DNA of 64,000 nt from Setoptus koraiensis (GCA_048013815.1 CM106585.1:10044001-10108000); one strand, 5' to 3'; positions 1 through 14,675 are shown, counted from the stretch's first letter. The notes: generated from the sequence alone by a model not told the origin. A program made the numbers and translations.

Positions 1-193
1 GTCGCGCAGTGACGCGTTTTTTCACGTGTGCCATTGTCGCGTAGCGCACCGTCGCCATTGGACCGGTCGCCGTAGGCCGCAGAGAAACCGGCCAGCCGGC
101 CCGCCGCCAGACGCACGGGCGCACACACTGTCTGGCAGTCGCGCAGATGGATAGACACAGTGGCGACGGAGAGGGAAGCCTGAAAAAACCAAG

Positions 194-269
194 GAACGTG
201 CCCGAAAAAACCAAAGAACGTGCCCGAAAAGAACGCGCCCGAAAAGAACGCGCCCGAAAAGAACGCGCC
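194..269. repeat. Degenerate tandem repeat of GAACG(C/T)GCCCGAAAA (15-21 nt units, ~4 copies)
   Basis: gaacgtgcccgaaaaaaccaaa gaacgtgcccgaaaa gaacgcgcccgaaaa gaacgcgcccgaaaa gaacgcgcc. Confidence 0.85.
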
Positions 270-1790
270 GCGTTGGCGTAACGCGCGCGTACATTATGAG
301 CGACGAGAAAATAACGTATTTGTCATTATTGTCAGTATTCGAGCGAGCCCACTCACTGCGTGTCTGCGTGGACAACACAGTGCGAACAATTCTTTGCGAG
401 TTTCCAATTGGAATTGTCTAATTTCGAATTTCGCTTCTGAACGCGCTCTCGTTCGACGCCGAACTCGGCCGAACCCGGCCCAACTCGAGGCAAACAACTC
501 CAACGACAACAACAACGAACTTGTGCAATAAGTTAGGTGCGCGCCACGAGGCAACAGAAGCGAGCGATTGTCGTTCGCGTAGTCAAATTAGGTAACCGGC
601 GTCGCTGCGGCGTTCGTTTTGTGGCCGCTTCGAACTCGCTTGCGCGCTTCGAATTCGCTTGCGCGCTCCGAATCGGCTTGTTCAGTTCGATCGAAGCGAA
701 CATGCCGAACTGCGCCACTGTCCCAGACGCAGCGTGTGCGAGTGTGTGTGTGTGTGGCGCGTTGCGGTGATGCGGCCACCGGATGCAGATGGATAAGTCA
801 CGCGATGATCTTACATAACGAGCGAGCATCATAATTGCCTCACTTGTCTGTGTGTTGCTGCAGTGGCCAATTGATGTTTATGGCAACTATCGAGTGAGCG
901 AATTACCGAGTATTATCAAGTAGCAGCGGCCACAATCTTGAGCTGTCGTGTTGGCTCTCAGTCAGCTGTCAGCGTCCCACTCTGCCAAAGAGAGCGAGAG
1001 TTTGGCTCGTCGCTGCGACAGAAACGAGCGATCAGTGCGTTCGGGGGCGAGATATCGCGTACAACGAATTCGCTTGGAATCGCGGTTGCTTGGAAACTGT
1101 CGCGAAAAGTGAACGAAATTCGTTTGATAAAATACGAAACTCGGATAAAGTAAAACTCGGATAAAATAAAACAAAAATTTGTTCGTGTTGTGCGTCGTCC
1201 ACGGAGCACACGTAGCCGCTGCATCTTGTTGTGTTAGCATTACGTAACTAATGTCGAACAGCAGCCCCATTTCTAAAGTGAGGCTGTTGCGTAAAAAAAC
1301 ACGACGTGCAGCACGGCTGAAGGTGCAGAGACGGCCCGAGCCGTGGCTTGCGTAATCGTTAAGTCAGTCTTATAGGGCCACCATAAGGCACACACAGTAT
1401 GGTTGTTGTTGTTGTCAGTGACAGCAGTGGCCAAAAAGAAGCTCGACTGCGATTGTCATGTGTGCACTGCTGGCCACTTATAGGCCACTATCTATTGTGC
1501 GTGACAATTGATAGCAGCCACTCCAGAGAGACCTATATACACATGGCCGTCATTATTATGTAACAAGCTTTAGTTGCGTAACAACGACACAGCATTCGAT
1601 GCACTCCGACTGCAACAGAAACAACAACAACTGAAGATAATTCAAAAAACAGAATGGGCACACAGAGAAGATTTGAATGGGCTTCGGCTCATGCAAAGAT
1701 GATGTCACATCATGTATTCACTTGTGAATTGCCGATTGGGCCGCTGCGAATTCGAAAATTCGCCTTCGAATTTGCCTTTGAGTTGGCGGG

Positions 1791-1793
<3 letters not shown>

Positions 1794-1822
<29 letters not shown>
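1794..1822. repeat. (AC)n microsatellite
   Basis: Direct reading. Confidence 0.95.
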
Positions 1823-1824
<2 letters not shown>

Positions 1825-2827
1825 GCTGCGAACGTTCGCATCTATTCACAGAATGTGACTTTGTGAATTCGATCGTCGCAGGCACAATTGCGACAACAGT
1901 GGCAGTAGTAATTCGACGACAAGAAAAAAACAAGTCGCCATGGGGGGGGGGAAAGCACCTGAAATTGGGTGGACCAATTGCGTGCATCTGAAGTGACACT
2001 TTTTTGTGACCAAAAACTCACCGCCCCCCTCCCAGCAGCCCCTGTCTTTTTCCCCTCACCTGGCTGCTATGTCTATTGTGTATAGTTGTGATGATGTAGG
2101 TATATATGCAAATGTGATGACACACACACATCGAGAGAGACAGTGCGCACCAACATATATGGCCAATGTGCGCATCATTTTATGTGACATCTTGCTGTTG
2201 TTGTGTCACCGCTACTGGCCGCCGCCCCCCCCCCCCGCTCTCGCTCCAGCGAACCCCCGCGTCCTCTTCTTCAATGATGATGATGATGATGATGCATGGT
2301 GACATTTATAGAAGCTTCGCCTAGCTCATCTTCTTCTTTCCCCCGCTTACCTGTGTCGTCGGTGTTTGTCGTGTGATGCAACACAATGGCAGTTGGCATC
2401 AGTCTCATCTAACGTGTGCCATCCTCATTTTGTGTGTCCTCTCCGTCTCTGTCTATTTCTTTGTATGTCAGCCAATTATTAATAAGCACACAATAGTTTG
2501 TTTGTCTTTCGAACGCTCAAGAAACATTCTCTCCGAAACAAGCTGCGATATTGCGCAATATTGCGCGTTTCTTAACTGCATTATCGTGTTACATAACTGT
2601 TTTTTATCAATTGATTGACTTGTATAAAATGCATGTCAACGCAAGAGCGCGCAGAAGCGAATCAATCAATCATCTGTAATCAACTGTAATCATCATTTGT
2701 ACACTATATTCAACTGTCACAACATTGACATTTGTATCGTCGTAATACGAGTCGCAATCAATTAACCAACTCTCGCCTTGCTCTATTCGCCCATCCACAC
2801 AACCATCGTTTACATTTACACAAACAG

Positions 2828-3074
2828 ACAATAACGTAGACAATCACCTGTACCTACATTCGCCCCTTAATGAGATAGTGCGCCAATTGATCGTCGCCCA
2901 ACAGCAACACCAATCGCAATCACAACAGCACCAACAACAACAACCATCGCCACCTCACTTACCTGTCGGCAACAATCACCAGGCGCCAGCCCAACGGCAA
3001 GCCAATCAACATAGAAATAATCACTCGCAACCAGCCAACAGTTTGTGGCATCACGCGGACCAAATCAACGAAAG
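2828..3074 (+). CDS. ham: Candidate upstream internal coding exon of the hamlet-like gene (Q/H-rich); 5' boundary uncertain
   Basis: Frame open from 2746 to 3078 with no ATG, encoding ...QLIVAQQQHQSQSQQHQQQQPSPPH...DQINE. Consensus donor GAAAG|GTGAGT at 3074/3075 is phase 2, matching the phase-2 acceptor at 36514 (AG+T=Ser). Possible acceptors are caaacag|2828 or cgtag|2840. The 36514 exon has no in-frame ATG before the zinc fingers, so an upstream coding exon is needed. Confidence 0.4.
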
Positions 3075-6000
3075 GTGAGTCATTCTAACTATTTTTCGAG
3101 CCTGTTCTCGACGCAACTCATCTTTTCATTGGCTGCCTCACCTTTTCATTGGCCGAAATTCTGTTGAAATCTCCAGCGGGATCGTTCCGCAAAACGAACG
3201 GCTCATTCATCGTGTTACCGAGCCTCTACGGCCACTAACCAATTATAATCAATCTAAATTGCGAACAAAAGAACTCAACTTCATTTGACTCATCAACTTT
3301 TCTGCAGATCGCAGAAAAGTTGCCAATAGCAACGGTCCGGTTGAGGCGCATTCATTAGCCGTTGGTTCGTTCATAAGCGCTCATCAGCGAGCACAGCCGA
3401 CAAGCATCTATCATTTCAATCGATGAGATCTCAATCGCGGCCTCTCGCAGCAAACGTCTCGGATGTTATGCGTCTGCTGTGAGCGACTTGATTCATGTTT
3501 GTTTTCCGTCGGGTCTCGTGACTGTCGATCTCGCCCGCCAGAAAGCGAACTTCCCGAAGAAACTCTGAAAAAGCTCTGAAAAAGCTCTGAAAGAAGCCTC
3601 AGTTGCCAGGAGCGATTTTCGGTTGCCAGTTCCTTTTCGGACAGTGCCTTTTAGTGCAGTCAATTTCTGACATTATTTCGGCTTCGATTCAGACCGACGA
3701 AATATTCAATAATATTCGGATAAAATTCGTACAACCCGAAAAAATGATGACGACAAAATTCGCACAGTCCGAAAAAACGATGACGACCAAATTTGGGAGC
3801 CTCCCGCCTGGAGCTGAACAGCTCCCGTTCGTTGGTATTTTTTCTGGTGGCTTTTTCACCTTGAGATTTGACTGGATTTGGCAGAAAATTTTTCGGCCCA
3901 CCAGAGACGAGCGTCGAACGTGACGTCACGTACGTGCGCATTTTTCGGGTTCGAAAATCACTCGCGAACACCGATTGTGAGTGGCGCGAAAAAACGCACG
4001 CTCTGGCTACTTCGTTTGTGTCATTTTTTCGTGTGCGCTTATTCTGGCTGCTTTCTGGGTGCTTTTTGGCTGCCCTTCGTACTGCCGGCCGAACCTGACG
4101 CTCGTTTGGGCTGACGTAACAGGTGATCAAATCGGAATCCAGGTATCGAAGTCAGCACTCAGGTTGCTGCTTGCGAGTGTTGAGTGGCACCATGTTGCAT
4201 ATTGTGCGTTTTTGGTCATTTTCGACCAGTTCCAATTGTCGCACAATCAAACAAGTGGCTAATTTGAAAATGGTTGCTCGCTGCTCACAATCACTGCTCA
4301 GTGACGGCGACCAAGATCAAGATTGCTGGCCAGCGCAAGAGATTATCATCATTATCGTCGTCGTCGTCATTATCGCCGTCGTCATCATTATTGTGTCGTC
4401 CGTATCACCTTTTTTCTTGGTCGTCGCGACGTTCGCCAGCGTCACACTATTGGTCACAATCGTCACAATCATGACGACAATCGTCACAATCATGGCCACA
4501 GTCGTCACAATCGTCATAATCACGGCAGTCATCATGGTGGCACGACGACAAACAAACGAACGCATCAGAGGCTCGTTGAGAAAGAATCGAGCTGCTGTAA
4601 CGACGTTATGCAAGAGTGATGCAAGCGCAAGACAAAGCTGAGTTAATTCTCGCGCTCAGTTTTGCAGCGCAAAAACATTGTCGAAACATTATTTTCTCGC
4701 CGCTTTTGGCCAACTGTTCAACTCTCGAGTGGCTGCCTCTTGAGCTGGCCGGCTCGTCGGACTGTGGGCCGGCTTTTTACGACGTCTCTGTGTGCCACAT
4801 AATGGCTGAGTGTGTGAACTATGTTAATCATGAATCATTTCTTGGAACGCGCACTCGCTGACCAGTGGCCGGCGCGCGTCACGCCTCATGCCCCGAGTGC
4901 CCAATGGTCAGAGAGGCGAGCAGCCGAGCGGCCAACAAACGGGCCACAGACAGAGGCCGGCGACTTAATGATGCTGCTGGCGCGATTCACCTGTTTGCAG
5001 AGCTAAATTTTCGCCAATTCTCTCTCTCTCTCTCACTGATTTTATCTGTGTTTTCTGTCGCAGAAATTCTGTGTGTCCATTCACAAATCTCAACAAGCTC
5101 ACAACATGTTGTTGCTGACTGTTGGCCATTTCGACAACTCACAACTGAATGAACTTGCTGAATTTCAGTTTCTCGGCCCGACAAATGTCACATTCGAACC
5201 ACCGAACCAGCTGACCGGTATAGGCCTGCACACTATTAGCGCCACCTGTCTCACCTGTCGTCTCAACTGACCATTAACTTAATGATGCTGCTCGGTGCTG
5301 CAGCCACTTGGCTCATTGTGCAACAGTCGCCAAAAAGTGCTCAATTCGCTCACAATTCGTTCGGCCATTCGCATGGCGCCAAGCGAAGTATGAGCATGTG
5401 CAGCCAAGTATAATTCGCCAGTGACAGTTACTAACAGTTTCCACGCTGCTTGTCCCGTTGGCCGCCGTCGGCGCTGTTGTGCCCCTCACGGGGTGTGTCA
5501 GCGGTTGCGCGCCAATTCGTTGACCGCTGCTCACAATTTTACCGCTCACCGTCGGTCAGTCGTCGGTCAGTTGATGAGCGGCGGTGAGCGGTAAAATTAA
5601 ATTGCACAATTGGTTACTACGCGCGACAAATTGCACAAGTTGCGTAACACGTGTTGCACGTGTCGGCACGTTGTACGGCAAGCGATTGGCGAGCATGGTC
5701 GCATATGCAAATGAGTTAGCACGGTGCTTATAATGGTGTGCAGTGTTTGTGTGGCCGGCGTCTGCCGATAGAGAGCGCCCGTCGGGCCGATAGAGAGCGC
5801 ATTGTGTGAGCATCTGACGGCGCTCATTTTTAGACACCGACAATCAGCGGTAGCGATTATGTCTACAAATTGTATTGTGATAGTGTAGCCAAACACAAAC
5901 AGCAACTGTCACATTTCAACTCGCAGCGACGGTCTGGCTGGCACAAGCGGGCCCAGAGCCGACGGGATAAGCGCGGATAGAGCGCGGATAGAGCGCGGAT

Positions 6001-9000
6001 AAAGCGCGGATAGAGCGCGGATAAGCACGGGCTGTTGCTGGATACATTTGCGCAAAATTGCACAGACGACTACAAAAAGAGCTGGCCAGATGGAGCGGGC
6101 GAGGTCACGCCGATTGCGCGCGCCGTCTAGATGAGCCGGTCACTGCTTTTGTTGGTGTCGGTCGGTCGGGCGGGCGGGCGGCGGGAAGTTGGGCATTTTG
6201 CAACAGTCGCAGGGCCTCGCTCGACGGAACGAGCGGTCCGCTCAAGGCCAAGGCCCGCATTGTAGCCAGCGATAGATGAATGGCAGCGAGTCTTTTGTTT
6301 GTTTGTTCTTTCAATTAGCGGCTAGCACGACAACGGCGCCGACGAGCACGGTTTTGCATATAACACCCAGCACAAAACACAAATGAATGAAACGAGATAA
6401 AATATAAATATAAAGTGAAATGAAATGAATTATTGTTATGAGTCGTCGGCCCGCCAAGACGAGCCTAACCGACTGGAACGGCGCACTTGTCAGCTGCTCG
6501 GGCCGGCCGAGCGCGCGGTATCCGCCGGCTGGCTGCGGAGATGGATTGGCCGACGCACAATTTGAACAATTTGAACAATTTGAATATAAATGTCATGTCA
6601 CACACACACGGGCACTGCCATAAAACAGACAGGTAAGCTCACTGGCAACAACAGCAGCAACAACGGCAGCAACAACGGCAACAACAACGGCAACAACAAC
6701 GGCAACAACGACCAACATAAACAAAGCTTTTTATTGGCCACAATCACGTTGTTGTTGTTGTTGTTGTTGTTGTCGTTGTTGTTGTTGTTGCTCATTGGGC
6801 ACGAACAACAGTTGCCACTTGTTGCCGTGTTGTCGCTCGCGATCATCGGCGGCTGATGAGCAGCGGCTCGGATGGTGGCCACAATGCCATTGTGGCACCA
6901 GTTGAAGGTTGCGCGCCATTCTGCTGGCGCCCTCATCCCGTGCCCGCGCTGGCGCCGGGTGTGTGCGCATTGCCGTTGCCGCTTGGCGGGCCGGAATGCG
7001 CTTTGCGGCAGCGGGCAGCGAGCGGCCAAATGACTGATTGCTAATTATCAGTGATTAGTTAGCCCGCTAATCACTCGCCAGTGACAAGTTGTCAGTGATA
7101 ATGCCAAATCGGCGCCGATAAGCGGCGCGTTGGCGCCATCGATCGAGCCGCGGCCGCCGATCAGCTGGCCGGGCCATATGACTCACACAATTTGTGCGTC
7201 ACCCAATGACAGTTGCTGCTGCGAGTTGCGGCCATCATTACGCAACCGACTCATGTCACAGTGGGCACAGTGGGCACAGTGGGCACAGTGGGCACAGTGA
7301 GCAGCGCGCGCGCGCGCTGTGACAAGTGCCAATTATTGTCGCTACTGGCGCCGATTGCCATTGCATCGGGTTGTGCGTGTGTCACAGTTGTAAATAGGCA
7401 GCGTTGCGAATTAATCATTGCACCTGTGCCACTTTGGGCGACGGCGACACTGACAGCGGCACTGACAGCCGCTCTGACAGCGGCTCTGACAGCGGCAGCC
7501 CGACGCTGACAGCGGCAGCCCGACGGAACCCGACCGACAGTGACAGCGCAAGCCAAGTGGCTTGCGCAAGCCAGCAAAAAGTGGCTACTTGCTGGCTCTT
7601 TGACTTTGCAACTTTTGGGTTAAAAGCCAATGTTATAAAGTTAAAAAGTGTTGCGCAACACACTGATAATGATAGTGTGCACATATGCAAATGACCATGA
7701 AACGAGCATTAAAACTGTTGCCAGTTGCCAGTATCGCAAACACAAGCACAGTATCAAGCACTGGGTATGATGCAATGCAACGCTTTGCAATTATTATGTA
7801 ATTGGTCACCCGTTATCGCGGTCGGTCGGTGTGTGTGTGCGCTGTTGTTGGCGGTTGTTGCAACTCATGAGCAAAAAATTAATACTTTCGCTGGTGAATT
7901 GGCGCTGCCTGAAAGCTGTTGCAAATGACAGTCGACTGGCAGCAGCAGCAACAACAACAGCGGCAGCAACGACAACAACGACAACAACGTTGTCGCAACT
8001 CGGCTGCCGAATCACTTTCTGGCAATGCAACTGTTCAACTTTGTTCACGGTCTCCGCTGCGCACAACACATAGTGACAGATCGTTGCCGCTGACAGATAA
8101 TTTAATAATTTTAGCAACAACTGCAATAATTGTTATTCAATCAGCCCAATTGCATCAGCAACAATCTGATTGCGGCGCCGCCAATCAGCCAGCCAGCCAG
8201 CGCCAGCCAGCCAGCGACAATCAATAATCGATAAGCGACTTGCCGGCTCAATGTCGCCCGGCCCGAATGCGGCGCTGCCAGCGGCGCGGGCACGGGCCGG
8301 CGCGACAGGTGCAATATGTTGTCGCTGTCGTGGTTGTCGCTGTCGTCGGCGGCGCCGTTGTCGCCGCGCGAGCCACAGCAAATAGACAGTGAATAGACAG
8401 TGAATAGACAGGATAAATGGCGAATTTAATAGACGTTGCCAGCAATAATGATAATGATAATTATGATTGCTATTATAATTATAATGTTCGCCGGCGCGCG
8501 CTGGCGGGCCAAACTTTTGCCAAACTGTTGCGCTTATGATATATGCTTAATTAATGCGCCGAGTGCGTGAGCAGCGCGCCGGCTCTGCCGACTTTGCCGA
8601 CTTTGCGAGATTCTGACAGATTCCGCCAGAGTTTGCCAGAGCTGCCAGAGTCTGTCGGCAAAGTTGGGCAACCGCCGGCTGGCAGCGACACGGAGAGCCC
8701 GAGAAACAACTCTGCAAATTGTTATATTGCACACTCGCTATACGAGAGCCCCCGACAACTTCATCAATGGCGCACAGGTGAGCTACCTGTGCCGGCGGCC
8801 GCATCGCCGCAGTTGGCGCCACTTGTTTGCTGACGGCGAGATTGTTTGTTTGTTTGTTTGTTTGTTGCTCGTTGTTGCAACTAATTGCGCCAGTCAGTTG
8901 ATAGTTGATCGCTATCAGCAGCGAGCACTATTAGCAGCGAAAGTGACAGCCAAAGCGCACACAAACACTTTGCAACAAACAGCAGATATTGAGTGAGCGA

Positions 9001-12000
9001 GTCAGCAGCCAATTACGCAACTGATGAGGAAGGACAATCATTAGTGCGCCCGGCGAGACAATGCCTTTAATCACGATGCTCTGGCCGTGCTCTGCCGGGC
9101 CTGCGTGAAATTCGAAGGCTCGAGGCCGGAAATGGCGGCTTTATGCCGTCGCTGGGCATAAAGCTTGATGGCGGCAACGGCGCGCGCCGGCGCGCATAGA
9201 AATTTCGCGGCGGCTGTTGACGTTCGTTGTTGCACCGCCGCAACAAAGGCGCCGCGACATCAACAACAACCGCCGCAACAACCGCCGCAACAACCGCAAC
9301 GACAACCGCAACAACAGCAACTACGACAACAACGGCAACGACAACAACGGCAACGACAACAACGGCTAGCGCAATCGGAAATGTGCATTTTCGGGCGAGT
9401 GTGCGCCAGACAACAATAACGATGACGGAGATAATAATAATTATTAGTTTTGAGCGGGCTTCGCGGTCGCGTTTCGGCGCCGCTGTCGCTGTTGTTCGCC
9501 GACTGCAGCGCCGGCAACGTTGCCGGATATAAATCATTCGCGTTCGCCTGGCAGCTCGCTTGGCGTCGCGCGTTCGGCTGGCAGCTCGCGTTCGGCTGGC
9601 GTGGCGCGTTCGAGTGGCGCTGCCGGTGGCGCGAAAACTTGCCAGTGAGAAGTTCTCACATCGGGACGTGTCAGATAATTTATGAGCGCGCGCGCGCAAA
9701 TATGATTGTCTCGAGCCATCGAGCTCGGCACGCGGGCTTATCGGCGCCGAACAATCATCGCGCCAGGCCGGTCTCACAATTTAGATTGGCGCCCGTTTGA
9801 CAGTGGCATGCCTAGTGGCGAGGCAAAATAATAATAGCACACAATCGGCAATCGCGAATGAAAATAAATGAGAATCGTTCATTTTGCATCGCCAGAAAAT
9901 AAAGCGCGTAATATGCTCAATTTGCTTATTAGCAGCGATAGATATGCGCGCAATAAATATTTAATTGCAAGCTGGCACCGCTAGCTATCTGGCTAACTAT
10001 CAGCCGACTTGCGATGGTGACTGGCTCGACAACGAACAGGCTAAACGGATAAGGCAGCGTACGTTGTGCCAAAAGCAGTGTATTGTTCCCACGATGGGGG
10101 CCGTGTTTGCCAGTGTTTTTGCCAGCAGCCGATTTTGCGAGCAGCCGAGCCGGCTCACTGGCAAGCTTGTAGCAAAAAGTTTCCAGTGCGCACATTGGCC
10201 AACTCTGCCAGACTAACAAATACACAGAAATGCGGAGAAATGCGGAGAAATGCGGATAAACGCAGAGAAATGCAGAGAAATAGAGAGAATTTGGCAGAAA
10301 TACGCAGAAAAATATGCGCGCAAAGGCAGCGATCGAGATAGTCGGATAAGCGCACATGTAAATGAGCATAAGTTGCAACAAGCGCAACTCGCTTGCCAGT
10401 GTCCGGTGACGTCTGTGTTATTGCTATTATTATTCGCTACTCGTTATTATCCGTTCCATCGGCGAGCAACTTAATGAGCCGCCAGCCAGCCGACATTTAA
10501 TCGAGCTCTTTGTTTTGTGGTTGTTGGCAATTCTTCTTTTCGGCTCCATTTGCCGTTTTTGCTGGCTCCATTTGCCGTTTTTGCTGCTGGCTCGTTCGGG
10601 CTTTTTTGCATTCTTTCGGCGCCCTTGCACGTTCTTTCGGCTTGATAGGTATTATCATTAGGCGCTCTGTCGTCGCGAGTCGCGTCGGCTGGCTGTCGCG
10701 ACGACACAGCGACCCGCTCGCCGAGTCAATAATAACAGCGTTGGCTCAAATGAGAATGGCAATCATAATTATTGTTGCCACGAGCTTCTTTATCGCGACT
10801 GCCACTGTCGCTGTCAGCGCCACTGTATCCGCCAGAGACAATCTGAGCATCGAGTGGCAGCTATGAGCCTGTGCCAAACTGACAATTCGCCGGCTGTCTC
10901 GTCTGGCGAACACTTTCTCGGATAATGCGCCGCTTTGCCAGAGTTTGCCAGAGTTTTTTGACAATTTAGAGCGTTTTGCACAATTTTGCGCAATTTCGCA
11001 CAATTGCGCGCGACGAAACGCGACGAGCCAAGTGTTACAATGCGCGCATTGTCGCAACCATCACGACAATGCCCGCTCGCTGGCTAATCCATTTAGACTA
11101 TTTATCTGGCAGCGCTGTAAATAACAACGGCCAATAACGGTGCAATGCTGCCAATTGTCGACAAAAAACACAAACGGCACAGAGCGGGCGCCTAATTTGC
11201 ATATCAGACACAATAGTGGCTTGCAACGTCGAGCGGCGACGAGCGACGGCCGACAAGCGACGAGCAAAAGTGAGCATAACGTTGATAACGAGCGTCCAAC
11301 GAGCGGGCCTGCTAACCTGATTCACGGCTGTCGGGCGCTTCAGCGCCGTCGGGCCGCTCGCGGCCCGATGAAAGCCGCCAAACGCGGCCCGATGAAAGCC
11401 GCCAAACGCGGCCGAGCGGACGAGCGGCCACGGGCAGCGGAGATGACATGTCCGGACGAGATGAGAGCGGCGATGATACACTTGTTAGGCGTGCTGCTGT
11501 CGCGCGCTCCACTCTTAATTGATTGTTTGTCTTGCTCGTTGGCGCTGGCATTGGCTTGTTGGCACTTGTTGCGCCCGCTTGCACTGTTGGCGCAACAACA
11601 ATGGCCGACAACAATTTGTAGCGTCGACACCGACGGCGACCAAACTGCTCGCACTTGCAGAGAGAGAGAGCGACCAAACTGCCAGAGCGACCAAACTGCC
11701 AGAGAGACGAAACTGCCAGAGAGACGAAACTGCCAGAGAGACGAAACTGCCAGAGAACAAAGCGAGCGTCTCGCCAGCGATCTCGTTACGGCTTCTTCGC
11801 ATGCTAGGTGGTCGGCTGGCAACTTGTTGTGGGCAACTTGTTGTCGGCGCTTCTTTTTTGCTCGCTCGCTCGCTCGCTTATTATTATTGCCTGGCGAGAC
11901 AACAGCGACAAAGATGATTTAGACTGGTGGCCATTGTTTGGCACAATGTTTGTTTCTGTTTCGCACACTGTTTGCTCATTATGAGACTCTCGTGAGCTGT

Positions 12001-13120
12001 CAGGCAGCCCGAATAAATTACGCTCACCTTGAGTGTATCGCACTGGCTTTAGTTTATCGGCCGCTCGTTTATTACAATATAATAATAATAATAACAATAA
12101 TTACAAACTGCTGCCACTTGTTGATCGCGCTTGATGATTGCCGTTGTTGCCGGCTCACTGCTGTCGTTGTCGGCTCAATGCCGTTGTCCATTCGATGCTG
12201 TTGTCGGCTCGATGCTGTTGTCGGCTCGATGCTGTTGTCGGCTCGATGCTGTCGTTGTCGGCGACAACTCGCGTTACATCACCTCAAATAGCGGCCCCGT
12301 CAGCGGCTCGGCGTGAGCGCCATGTGAGGCCCGCTCGCTTTATGCGCGCCCGCATGATTCGCCGCTGGTCGCGCGCATAAATATAATAGCGCGCATAATA
12401 GCGCGCATATAATGACGAGCTTGAGCTGCAACAACAGGTTACATCACGGCCACGAGTGCGAGCGTCTTCCGTTCGGGGCGCTCCAATGCGCCGCTCAACA
12501 TGTTCAACATAATGTATCATACAACATTATGTATGCAGGCAATAATGTGAGCCCGTTTGAATATTGCAAACATATTGAAATATTGTATACAAACATATTA
12601 AAATATTTTGTGTAAAAACATATTAAAATATCGTATGCAAACATATTAAAATATTTTGTATGCAAACATTGCGAGCTGGCAGCCCATTGAAGCGCTGAAA
12701 TCGTGAGAGCGACGCCTGACAGAGACGACACAAACCAGCGATAGACAAACAACAACAATTGTTTTTCTCGGCACTTGTTGGCACGACACGAAACGAGCAG
12801 CGACCCAATAGAGGCTAACAGCGCCATCGTGTAATAGCCCGGCGTCGCTTAGGCTGTAATAGTGTAATAGTCTGACGAATAGTCTAATAGTCTGACGGTC
12901 GGATAGTCTAATAGGCGTGTGATGTCATCGCGCGCTCAAGGTCGCCATCATCATCGGCAATTCATTATCGTTCGAGCGATCGTCGGATAATCGCTGGCGT
13001 TATCGTCTGAGATTTCGCTGGAGTTATCGCTGGAGTGGCGCGACTTGCAGCGACTTGGACACTTTCGCTGCTTCGCAGCGCAGAGCTTGCGCTGAGCCGC
13101 AGCCTTTCGAGCCGCCCCAC

Positions 13121-13204
13121 GAGCGCCGATTCGAGCGCCGATTCGAGCGCCGATTCGAGCGCCGATTCGAGCGCCGGTTCGAACGCCGATCCGAGCGCCG
13201 GTTC
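13121..13204. repeat. 12-mer tandem repeat GAGCGCCGATTC x7 (3' copies degenerate)
   Basis: Direct reading. Confidence 0.9.
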
Positions 13205-14581
13205 GAACGAGTCGGCGGCGGCGCCTCGCGCTGGCCGCCGACTCGCATCACCGACGAGCATCAACTGTTGCGAGATTGGCGAACGAGCACGCCGGAGTTG
13301 CGCGTATTTCGTCACATGTCGGCGTATCTCGTCGCATGTCGGCGTGTCTCGGTCGGCGCGTCTCAACGTGTCTCCCCGGCGCGTCGCAACGTGTTTCTGT
13401 CGTGCCTTCGAGCGCCGTATGTCAGTCAGTGTATCAGTGGCGCCGGAGTGGGCCAAACGCATCCAGTTGATGGCAGATAAAGACTCCAAGGTAACAACAA
13501 CAACAACAGCGACAACAATCGCATCGTCGCTGCCAATCACTGCGGCGCTCGCTGGCCCGGCTCGTTGGCTCAGCCTGTGCCGAGCACAGCCGACAACAGC
13601 CAGCAGCCGACAACAGGTAAGGCAAGTAATTATCTCTTTGTGCGTCTCTTCACCGAGATTTACGCTGGATATGCGCTTCATGTACAGGGTACACTCGCCA
13701 GGTAGGCACGCTGGCTATGCCAGTGCGCACAGTGTAGCGAGTTGGCAAATGATGGTCGCAAGCGGGCGAGCGAGCTCGCCGAAGAAGCCGACGAAGCCGA
13801 GGAAGCCGAAGAAGCCAATGAGCGAGGCTGATGAGCGCGCATATCGGCGCTTTGTTGTGAGCTGCTGCTGTTGTTCAATTGCCTCCTCTATTGGCATTCG
13901 TTTAAATTTCGCATTGTCTGACACACACACTGTCTCAACATTGTGCCAAGAGAGAGCATTAACAATTATCATATTGTTACATTATTGTAAATCGCCTAGC
14001 CCGACGCCAGCCATAAAGCGATTGAGTTGTGGTTGTGGTGGCTGTTTGTTGTTGTTGCTGTCGTTGTTGGCGTCGTTGCTGGTGTCGTTGTTGTTGTCGC
14101 TGTTGCTGCTGGCGCGGCTGCTGCTGCTGCCAGACTGTCTGCCGACAACAACAATGCAACCGATGCATTGATTAGCCATCAAAAGATGCCAATTTTGCAG
14201 TCTTGTGCAACGCTGCAAGCTCGCTGGCGCAATTGATGCATTCAATATTCATTCATTTATATTATCTTATCTTGATTTTATCTTCTTTCCGCCGGCGACG
14301 CTGGCAAGCCGACACACTCAATATCTCACTGGCTCACCTGATCCGATCCGATCCAATCGGATATTCACTGGCTGGCGGCACGATTTATCGGGCGTGTGCG
14401 ATCATTAGCAGTCAAGGGTTGAGAGATCCATCACAATTGAGTTATCCAGCCACCAGCTAGTGGCACAGGTAAACTGTTGTCGAGCGGCAGTCATTAATGC
14501 AACGCACACTCAATAACAATAGACGGGTCTAATCGTTGCGACGACAATACGACCCGCAACCGCCGACAACAGCACCGACAG

Positions 14582-14611
14582 CAGCAACGACAACAACAAC
14601 AACAACAACGA

Positions 14612-14652
<41 letters not shown>

Positions 14653-14675
14653 ACAACAACAACAGCAACAACAAC
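14582..14675. repeat. (CAA/CAG/AGCAAC)n compound microsatellite
   Basis: Direct reading. Confidence 0.9.

Noticed and set aside
13035-14171. 378-aa ORF, and similar long ORFs at 9067..9777, 11140..11922, 12965..13681, 28495..29226 and 33431..34216
   Set aside because: Built from microsatellites and stutter repeats, non-ATG starts, no domain motifs, and open frames on both strands; expected in stop-poor low-complexity DNA.
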